Source: Terriglobia bacterium
GTDB lineage: Bacteria > Acidobacteriota > Terriglobia > 20CM-2-55-15
NCBI GenBank assembly: GCA_963664115.2
Contig: CAXWPJ010000009.1
Location: 992,001-1,056,000, forward strand
Reading direction: 5' to 3'
Length of the DNA stretch: 64,000 nt
The notes under the pieces were generated by a model. The model saw only the letters and a list, made by a program, of their open reading frames with translations. It was not told the origin of the DNA and did no database searches. Positions 9,257-17,278 of this stretch are shown here, piece after piece. Within the stretch, counting starts at the first letter, position 1, and each line of letters begins with the position of its first letter. The translations under genes were made by a program, and so were the position numbers.

Positions 9257-10150
9257 ATGGCGCTGGCGCCGGAATTAGTAGAAGAGCTTCGATATGTGGA
9301 AATCAGCGTGGCGCGGCGCATTCGCAGCCTGCGCTTCGGCCAGAATCGCAGCCCATTAAAGGGCTCTGGCTACGAATTCGAGGCCCACAGCAAGTACCAG
9401 GTTGGCGAAGATTTTCGGCGCATCGACTGGAACGTTACAGCGCGCATGCAGGAAGTCTTCATCAAGCGCCATTTTGAGGAACGGGAGGTCTCGGTATTTC
9501 TGGTGGCGGATGTATCCCGCTCAATGCGTTTCTCAACGGCGAAACATTCCAAGAACCTGCGACTGATGCAGGTGGGCGCCACTCTCGGTTTTTCTGCTGT
9601 CAGCGACAGCTGCAACTTTGGCTGGCTGGCGTTCAGTGATCAGGTGGAAGCCTACGAGCCCCCTCGCAAGGGTCGCGCACATGTGTGGCGGGCGATTGAT
9701 AGACTTCACAACCTGAAGCCGAAGCACTCGGGAACCAATTGGGAGCTTGCGTTGCGTTTTCTGCGTAGCCACCTGCGGGGCATGTCCATTGTGTTTCTGC
9801 TCTCGGATTTCATTACAGACCCGGATGCGACCCAGCTGAGGGAACTGCCAGATCTTAAGGTCCTGGCGCAAAAACACGACGTGGTTCCCATCGTGTTCGT
9901 CGATCAACTGGAAAAAACCCTTCCTACAGGCAAAGGGCTGCTCCGCTTTCGTTCGGCCGAGGGCCGCGATGAAATATTGCTCAGCCTTTCCTCGCGTCAG
10001 AGGCGCGCGTTCGACGCCTTGGTGGAGAAACGTAAAGCGGATCTACGGGATCTGTTTTACTCCTTGGGAATGGAGTGCCTGTTTTTGAACGTGGGCGAAG
10101 CGTTCACCGATTCCCTGATGATGCTATTTCAAAGGCGGAAGAAAATATGA
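9257..10150 (+). CDS. DUF58-domain protein (MxaS-like)
   Basis: GSGYEF...YQVGEDFRRIDWNVTAR...FEEERE...DVSRSM, LLSDF. Directly follows moxR. Confidence 0.9.
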   Translation: MALAPELVEELRYVEISVARRIRSLRFGQNRSPLKGSGYEFEAHSKYQVGEDFRRIDWNVTARMQEVFIKRHFEEREVSVFLVADVSRSMRFSTAKHSKNLRLMQVGATLGFSAVSDSCNFGWLAFSDQVEAYEPPRKGRAHVWRAIDRLHNLKPKHSGTNWELALRFLRSHLRGMSIVFLLSDFITDPDATQLRELPDLKVLAQKHDVVPIVFVDQLEKTLPTGKGLLRFRSAEGRDEILLSLSSRQRRAFDALVEKRKADLRDLFYSLGMECLFLNVGEAFTDSLMMLFQRRKKI

Positions 10151-11115
10151 AGGCGACTTTGCTGTGCATAGCCCTGGGCTTCGCGAACCAGGTGGCCTGG
10201 GCTCAGACAGTGACGACCGATGCCGTTACGGACTCTTCGGATCTGCGGTTCACTGTTCATTTGGATAGAACAGCCGTCTGGCCCGGCGATCAGTTCCACT
10301 ATCTCATCATTGTCGACTACTCCTCTGATTACGAATTCGTTCTCGACAACCTGAGCCAAGAGAGCATTAACATGGACCCCTTTGAGGTCATAGACGTCGG
10401 AACGAATCTGGTTGTTAATAGCACAGGCCGGAGATTGTTCGTGGATCTGACACTGGCCAACTTCGAAACCCTGCAGGGCAGAATGGACATTCCACAGTTC
10501 ACCCTGTTTTATTTCCGTACAGAGAACAATACCGTCGGTGTGGATCAGGCGGCTGCCGAAAGCCTGACGATTCCCGGACCCGCCATCGGAATTCGTAGCA
10601 CGTTGGAGCCGAATCCCGACGACATCCGCGATGCAGTTACGGTGATCGGGTGGGACCGCAGTCGCTGGGTGTTTCCCGCCCTCGGCTGGATTTGTGGTGC
10701 GGTTTTGGTCTTGGGTTCGGGGCGGGAGCTGGTGTTGTTTGTCCAGCGAAGAAAAGCGCGCAAAGGTCCGGATCGCCGCAAAGCGATGAAAGCCGTCCGC
10801 GACCGGTGGACGAGCGGCGTGCCTTCAGAGTTCACGGATCCGGAGACCTGCTCGGCTTTTCTCGACCATTCCTACCAGAACCTGAAGGAGTACGTCGGGC
10901 ATTACCTGGAGACTCCCACCATGGGACTGACCTCTGAGGAGATGCGCGAGGAAATGCGACGTCAGGGTGCAAGCACGGACCTGTCCGAGAAAGTTGCTAA
11001 AGTGCTGGAGGCTTGTGAGACAACCCGCTACGCGCGCAACGGTGTGTCGGAACGCGGGGAAGCGGCGCGTGTCGTGGCCGACGGCATGCGCGAAATTCTG
11101 AGCCCCAAGGGATAG
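10147..11115 (+). CDS. Exported/membrane accessory protein (MxaA/BatD-like)
   Basis: ATGA overlap with the DUF58 stop. Signal peptide, beta-rich domain, TM helix and helical tail (YLE...GLTSEE...CETTRYA). Sits at the MxaA position in the operon. Confidence 0.6.
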   Translation: MKATLLCIALGFANQVAWAQTVTTDAVTDSSDLRFTVHLDRTAVWPGDQFHYLIIVDYSSDYEFVLDNLSQESINMDPFEVIDVGTNLVVNSTGRRLFVDLTLANFETLQGRMDIPQFTLFYFRTENNTVGVDQAAAESLTIPGPAIGIRSTLEPNPDDIRDAVTVIGWDRSRWVFPALGWICGAVLVLGSGRELVLFVQRRKARKGPDRRKAMKAVRDRWTSGVPSEFTDPETCSAFLDHSYQNLKEYVGHYLETPTMGLTSEEMREEMRRQGASTDLSEKVAKVLEACETTRYARNGVSERGEAARVVADGMREILSPKG

Positions 11116-11122
11116 TCAACGA

Positions 11123-12055
11123 ATGACGTTTCTGTATCTCCAGTGGCTTTATTTAGCGGTGCCGCTACTGCTGATCGCGTTGGGCCTGCGCTTCTGGAGA
11201 CGGCACTATTGGGGACACTCCCTCGTGTCCCAGATGCGGGAAGAGATCGGTGGTCCGAATCCCATTCTGCGCATGCCTGCCATCCTGGAGGGAGCGGCGG
11301 TGGCATTGCTGCTCACCGCGCTGCTGGGTCCCATCTACCCCTTTGTCGTGAACCGCGTCGAACGCGGTGGGCTGCAGATCCTGATCGTGCTCGACCTCTC
11401 CCAGAGCATGGAAATACCGCTGGGAGACCGGTCGAGAATGGAAGTCATCAAGGCGAGCGCAACCGAATTCATCGACCGCCGACCGGGTGATGCCGTTGGC
11501 CTCGTGGTGTTTTCTCATAACGGATATCTGGTCACACCCGCCACCTTCGATCACGAAAGCCTGCTTTCGTATCTACAGCGGGTCAGCCCGCAGACACTCG
11601 CGCACGAGGGATACACGGCTATCGGCGAGGGTCTTGCCGCCGCCCAGGAGTTTTTTCTCTTCAGCAGAGAACGCGGCGGCCGCGGTAAAGGCGAGGTCAT
11701 TGTCTTGTTCAGCGACGGGGAAAGCAATTGGGGCAGGGACCCCTTGCAGGAAGTGGAAAGAGCGCGCCAGGACGGCGTCCGTATCTACTTTATCGGCGTT
11801 GCACTGCAAGAGGAGGCCGCAGGGCGGATCGCCGCCGCAGTCCCGTCCACGGGCGGAAAGTTTTTCGATGCTCAGATCCCCGGGCACATCGTGGAGGCTC
11901 TCGAAGAGATCAACACGACGGAGCAGGGCCGCTTCTCTACGCTCCAGTTAAGACGGGAACAACCCGCCTACTTTGTTTTTGTCCTCCTGGCGTTCGCGGC
12001 CCTCGCGCTGCGGATGATACTCCATGGTATCCCGCATTTCGTGGAGATCAGTTAA
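11123..12055 (+). CDS. VWA-domain membrane protein (MxaC/BatA-like)
   Basis: N-terminal TMs, MIDAS DLSQSM, FIDRRPGDAVGLVVFS, TAIGEGL, LFSDGESN, C-terminal TM. Confidence 0.88.
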   Translation: MTFLYLQWLYLAVPLLLIALGLRFWRRHYWGHSLVSQMREEIGGPNPILRMPAILEGAAVALLLTALLGPIYPFVVNRVERGGLQILIVLDLSQSMEIPLGDRSRMEVIKASATEFIDRRPGDAVGLVVFSHNGYLVTPATFDHESLLSYLQRVSPQTLAHEGYTAIGEGLAAAQEFFLFSRERGGRGKGEVIVLFSDGESNWGRDPLQEVERARQDGVRIYFIGVALQEEAAGRIAAAVPSTGGKFFDAQIPGHIVEALEEINTTEQGRFSTLQLRREQPAYFVFVLLAFAALALRMILHGIPHFVEIS

Positions 12056-12061
12056 CCGCTT

Positions 12062-12447
12062 TTAGAACAATTCGGGCACGCGGAACGTCAGAACCGAATT
12101 GAGCCTCTTGTCACTGACGATGATGCTCTGGTTCTTCACGTCCAGCGCCACTCCACGTGGCATCTCGAGAACGCCATCGGGTCCACCGATCGTCCACAAC
12201 GGCGGGCCATCGCTGCTCGCTTCATAGCTCCACACACCCAAACAGGAAACAGGATCCGCCAGAGTCTCCCCGACCGGTCGGTTCGTCGCGAAAATGAGTT
12301 TCTTCGGCGGATAGATCGCGAACGGTCCGCCCAGACTGCGGGGGCCTTGGATCGTCATTATCGGGTCGACCTTGCCATTGGCAAGGCGATCATAAAGCAG
12401 GAAAGTGGTCGCGGTCCTGCCCCCGCCCCCACCTCCGGAGGCTGGGG
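12062..12447 (-). pseudogene. 3' remnant of a third beta-propeller paralog
   Basis: ...FLLYDRLANGKVDPIMTIQGP...LGVWSY...PPLWTIGGP...PRGVALD...SDKRLNSVLTFRVPELF* aligns with the last blades of both propellers. An in-frame TAA lies just upstream and the 5' part is missing. Confidence 0.8.
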
Positions 12448-12502
12448 CTTAGCCTGTCCTTCGTGGTCAGAAGATCTCCCGCGGTCAGAAGATTACTTCG
12501 GA

Positions 12503-14569
12503 TCAGAAGATCTCTGGAACCGAAAACACCAGAATGCCGTTCAAGCGCATATCGGAAATAATCACTTCCTGGTCTTCAGGGTTCAATACCACTCCAAAGG
12601 GTTTCTTCAGCGTTGTCGTCGGTCCCGCCGGGAGCTTCCAAAGCGGCGGAATGTCCCCGTTATCTTCGTAGCTCCATACGCCTAAAAAGGCGCCCTCCGG
12701 TTCCATGTGATCTCGAATCCCGGGCATCGCCGCGACGATCAGCTTCCTCTGTGGATAGACCTGCATCTGGTTGATCCGTACAATCCCCGAATTCGGACCG
12801 CGGATTACGGCCCGCGGCTTTACGTTTCCTTCGTCCGTCCGGTTAAACACCAGGAGCGCGCCCCGCTGGGCGTCTGGTGACCGAGAACTACCGAAGGAGC
12901 TGTTTAAGCCGACTACCAGAATGTCGTTGATCGGATCCACGGAAACCACATTAACGGATTCCAAGCCGGTGTCGGGACCCTCGATGATTCGAAGGGGCGC
13001 AACGTCACCGTTGGCTTCGCGCGGATATACCTTAATACTGTTGCCGCTGTAGGTGAAAATCTCGTCGTGAATGGGGTCCACATCCAAGCGGCTGCCTATC
13101 GTTCCGGTCCGGGGGCCCTGTATGATTCGAATGGGTGCTTCCTGTCCATCGGCGCCTCCGCGGAACGTCAGGATCGCCTCTGCAAACGGGTTGGGCACAA
13201 GAAATTCATCGTTGATTTCATCGTAGCGGATGTCGTGCATGGTTCGCGACAGCTTGCTCGCCTGCCCGAAAACGGCCCGTTCGGGTTGCTGTGCTCCGTC
13301 CGCCAGCCTGGCGAACGCCGCAATTTGCGGATGGGCCACTCAGTTGGGCACCAGAATTTGATCCCGTAAGGTGTCGTATCCGACAGCCCCCGGGTTGCCG
13401 ATGTTGAGCGACAGTCTATCCGCCGGTCCAGATCGAATCGTGCGCGATGGGCTAACATCCCCGTTGGCCGTCACCGGGTACACCGTCACCGAGGCATTTC
13501 CCATGTTCGCAACATAGAGTTCGTCGTTGGTGGGATCGACCGTGATTCCGGGCGGATGTTTGATTCCGGTGTTCGGCCCCTTGATGACGCGGATCGGAGC
13601 CACATCACCCTTGTCTGACATCCGAAAAACCAGGACAGAGTCGTCAGCGTCATTCGCAAGGAACAATTCCTGCCGCTCCTCGTGCAAGGCCAGATGCGAA
13701 GGCCAATTCATCAATGTCTGGGGTCCTTCGATGATCCAGAGAGGCTCCGTATTTTCCGACGCCTCCAGGGGATACACGGTGATTGATGGAGACTCGAACT
13801 TCCCCCATTCCCGTGGGCGCGTACCGGCTGGAGAACCGGGCGGTGGCGCCACGGTCTCCCGACCGTTTCCGTAATTGCTCACGAACACCAGGTTGTTACT
13901 CGCATCGATCGCGATCCCGTGGGGATCTTCCAGCTGCGTGTCGTTCCCACGCAACACGCGAAGCGGTTCCTCTTCACCCTCCGCACCCTTCCGATAAACA
14001 TAGACCGCGTTCTGGTGCTGCACCATCAGGAACATCTCCTGTCTCTCTTCGTGCATGGCGATCCCGAAGGTTCCGTGGGGTGTGGCCAGCACCCGCGTCG
14101 GTGTCGCGTTACCCCGGGCGTCGGGAGAAAAAACAGGCAGCCAGTCCTGCGTGTCGTTGTTGACGACGTAAATCTCGCTGGTGACCGGGTCGATATAGAC
14201 CCCGCACATCATCTCCGCAAACGTGTCCGGCCCGGAAATAACCCGTCTCGGCTCCGTGAAAAGTGCCGACGCGGGAGTGTCGGAGCGACTGTCGAACTCC
14301 AGGATCTGAAACAAGTTCTCATCGGTGACGACGAGCATGTTGTTATCCGGATTCACCGCCACCGCGCTTAATGAAGGGTAGGGATCCTTAATAAACCGAA
14401 GCGGGGCCCGTTCGATCAACACGGTCTCTCGATCTCCTCCGCCCTGCGCGTATGCGACCTCTGAAATCTTCCAACTTCCAACCACGATTGCATCCGCTAG
14501 CGACACGATCAAGCCGAGGCAAATCGTCGATAGCAGCCAGATCCTCCAGTTATGACCACCTTGATTCAT
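12503..14569 (-). CDS. Secreted NHL-repeat beta-propeller protein, predicted selenoprotein (Sec at TGA 13340-13342; about 688 aa)
   Basis: ORFs 13340-14689 and 12503-13339 abut in frame (...DQILVPN-TGA-GTG AHPQIAAFARLADG). Start ATG 14569 follows AAGGAGG. Signal peptide present. Paralog of 1836-3965. Confidence 0.85.
13297..13317 (-). promoter_or_regulatory. Putative bacterial SECIS hairpin (propeller 2)
   Basis: mRNA CGUUCGCCA-GGC-UGGCGGACG, 22 nt after the UGA. The A-U pair of copy 1 is replaced by G-C. Confidence 0.75.
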
Positions 14570-14773
14570 TACGGAACCTCCTTCACATTCGACTAAATTC
14601 GACCCACGTCTCCCTGCAGGCCGTGATTCATCGCAAGACCGATAATAACGACCAAACAGCGGGGATGCCCGGAAAATCGTTGAAATCATATCGATGTTCT
14701 TTGCTTAAGCCTTTCTTTTGGGACGACGGGGGAAACAATGTCACGAAGCGGCATCCTGCGTCAGAAACTGCTG

Positions 14774-14816
14774 AAACCGGCCCTTCCTCCGATTGGAGAA
14801 GGGCCGGTTCCGTTTT
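14774..14816. repeat. 43-bp palindromic element / terminator, copy B
   Basis: AAACCGGCCCTTCCTCCGATTGGAGAAGGGCCGGTTCCGTTTT, a direct repeat of 1763-1805. Confidence 0.8.
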
Positions 14817-14890
14817 AAACGACGGCAAACCGAAAGTGTCTCTTAGTTGTTCAGAGGAGTTGGATCAAACCCCTAACCATCGATTTCAAG

Positions 14891-17137
14891 CTATCTAAAG
14901 ACCTCCACCTGGCGGGAGTACTTGACGATGAGATTGCGATTGATGGGACCCAGCCCGTGCAGTCCCTGGATCTCGTTATAGACGACGTACAATCCGGTGC
15001 CGGCGGTGCTCAGCCAGCCAAAGCGGAAGTTTCCGCTCCAGGTACTTGCCCGGTCGTTGTACTGGACCAACGACTGAAAGTTGATCCGTGGTGAGAGGCT
15101 GTAGTTGAGACGAGCCTGCAGCAAGTTGGTTACGAAGTCGCCTTGCGGGAGCTTGACATCGCTGCGCCGCCAGCTGAAGGATGTATTGATCGTGGCCCCG
15201 GCCCGGGCGTTCGCACCCACCGAGAACGTGCGCTCGCTTCCGGTATAAAAGCCACCGACAACCGAAGACCAATCCAGAGACAGCACCTGGCTCCGGTCTG
15301 TACGCAATCGAAAGTCGAGCTGCGGATGTCGGTACTGGCCTGGAGGTATGACCACTCCGGGAGAAATCTCGAACGGTTCATGAAGCCCTTCCATATTAAT
15401 GTTCACGATCGGGCCCAAAAACCAGCCGTTTTCGAAATCGATGCTGGGATCCAGATGGATCTGTTGGGTTTCCATAAAGCCTTCGAAATCCCAATACGTC
15501 CGGATTTGGGCATGGGGCCGAATTTCTCGAAGCCACCCCAGGTTCGGGAAGCGAATGTTCTTCCCTCCCGCGAGGTCAAAAAACCGGTAGTTCTTGCGTG
15601 TCAGGAATCCGACCTCGGGATTGAAGTCATCTCCGACCTGTGAAAATTCGGAACGCAGGTATCCACCCCTCTGCTGGTACTGAGCCCGGACGTCGTAGGC
15701 GGACTCCGGACCCGTTCGACCGGGTGTTTCCGTGCGCGCTATGAACCCGTTGATATCCGTGTATTGGCCGATGCCGAGTTTAGCGTCGACGCCCCAGGTC
15801 CGGTTCCAGTTGTCGGGGATCGAACCCGCCGCCTCACGATTGACAAAAATGCCGCCAAGGCTGGAGCGGTTCGGAAGCTCCCTGCTCACACGCGCTACGG
15901 TGAAGTTGTTCTTGGCTGTGACAAAAGGAACGTCGTCAGTCTCCATGTTGAGCAACCCGACGTTAAACTGCCCCACCTTTCCGCTCAAACGGGCACCTCC
16001 AATGATGGGTACAGCGGCCCCGGAGGGATCGAGACCGATACGGCGGCTGAAAAACAGATCAATGCCGGATTTTCCTGCCGCGAACAAACCGGCATTCTCA
16101 AGGAAAAACGAGCGTTTCTCTGGAAAACGGACACTGAACCGGGTCAGGTTGATCACCTGCTCGTCCACCTCGACCTGCGCGAAATCCGTGTTGTAGGTCA
16201 CATCCAGATTCAGGCTCGGCGTGACACCGAACTTGGCGTCGAAACCGATGTCGCCGTCATAATCCGACTCAGTTTCCGCGGTGTTTGCGAAGTTTCGTGA
16301 GGCTGTGCCGGTCACATAGGGTGTTACGTTGAAATTGCGTGGGGTCTCCAGTTCCAGTCCCTGCAGTTCTCCGGCCGACGACAGTCGATACAGGTTGTAG
16401 ATGCGCTCGATCGGAGCCCAGAAAACCTCTTCGTTCTTCCGCCGAATATTGCGTTGAAAGTTCACACCCCAGGTCTGGGGTCGGTCACCGTAGCGCAGGC
16501 TTCTCAAAGGGATTTCGAACTCGGCCGTCCAGCCCGATTCGTTGACTTCGGTACGCACCGTCCAACTGGTGTCCCAGTTCAGGTTAAAACCGGAACCCGA
16601 GGTCACGGCGGCCCGGCCCTGGACCGCGCGCGTACCCTCGCCTTCGTTGCTGACCTGGCCGTCAAATTCGATCCCCGCGGGATTCGTGCCAAAGACGAAG
16701 CCGTTCTGCCGATCGTGGTAGGTGTCGAAGATGACTTGAAAGGAATCGGTGTCGTTCATTCCCGAATCCCGCCTGCTGTCGGTCACCCGAATCAGCCCCG
16801 GTTCGCTGTCATAGCAGATCACACTGATAAAGATGGCGCGACTGTTGTACAGAATCCGAACGACGGTCTCTTCGGATGCGGGGGTGCCTTCGACCGGCTC
16901 GGTCTGCACAAACCCGGTAATCGGTGTGGCGAGTTCCCAAACTGCGTCGTCGACAATGCCGTCGATCACCGGAGGTGTCTCGACGAAAGTCGCGCTGGCG
17001 ATCGGCACGGGTCCCTGTGCCGCCCCGGGAGTAGTCGCGAGGAGAACGGCCATTATGGCGACGATCGCGCCAAACATCGTCCGCAAGTTGAACTCCTTAA
17101 CGTGTTGTCCGCTGGGGTTGGGGGCCTGCCCAAGCAA
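14891..17137 (-). CDS. DUF5916 / CBM9-like domain outer-membrane protein (paralog 1)
   Basis: PVIDGIVDDAVW...FVQTEP...DSFQVIFDTYHDRQNGFVFGTNPAG...WTAEFEIP...WGVNFQR...NTDFAQVEVD...NLTRF...FPEKRSFFLE...FFSRRIG. Start codon uncertain. Confidence 0.85.
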   Translation of the reverse strand: MLGQAPNPSGQHVKEFNLRTMFGAIVAIMAVLLATTPGAAQGPVPIASATFVETPPVIDGIVDDAVWELATPITGFVQTEPVEGTPASEETVVRILYNSRAIFISVICYDSEPGLIRVTDSRRDSGMNDTDSFQVIFDTYHDRQNGFVFGTNPAGIEFDGQVSNEGEGTRAVQGRAAVTSGSGFNLNWDTSWTVRTEVNESGWTAEFEIPLRSLRYGDRPQTWGVNFQRNIRRKNEEVFWAPIERIYNLYRLSSAGELQGLELETPRNFNVTPYVTGTASRNFANTAETESDYDGDIGFDAKFGVTPSLNLDVTYNTDFAQVEVDEQVINLTRFSVRFPEKRSFFLENAGLFAAGKSGIDLFFSRRIGLDPSGAAVPIIGGARLSGKVGQFNVGLLNMETDDVPFVTAKNNFTVARVSRELPNRSSLGGIFVNREAAGSIPDNWNRTWGVDAKLGIGQYTDINGFIARTETPGRTGPESAYDVRAQYQQRGGYLRSEFSQVGDDFNPEVGFLTRKNYRFFDLAGGKNIRFPNLGWLREIRPHAQIRTYWDFEGFMETQQIHLDPSIDFENGWFLGPIVNINMEGLHEPFEISPGVVIPPGQYRHPQLDFRLRTDRSQVLSLDWSSVVGGFYTGSERTFSVGANARAGATINTSFSWRRSDVKLPQGDFVTNLLQARLNYSLSPRINFQSLVQYNDRASTWSGNFRFGWLSTAGTGLYVVYNEIQGLHGLGPINRNLIVKYSRQVEVFR

Positions 17138-17278
17138 TCGACATGAGCCGTTCAGCTATAGGTAACGGACAAGATGGCAACAACTGATGGCACCGCTACA
17201 TACCGTGCCGTGAAGTATTATACAAGGTTGGAACCGGACTGCTCATGACCCGAAGCCTGTCGTCAAAAAGAGGGTCGA

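Noticed and set aside
6528-12055. Calling this a methanol-oxidation (mxa) cluster
   Set aside because: No mxaF/xoxF, mxaI, mxaJ or pqq genes are present in the window. Only the maturation-type genes resemble mxa.
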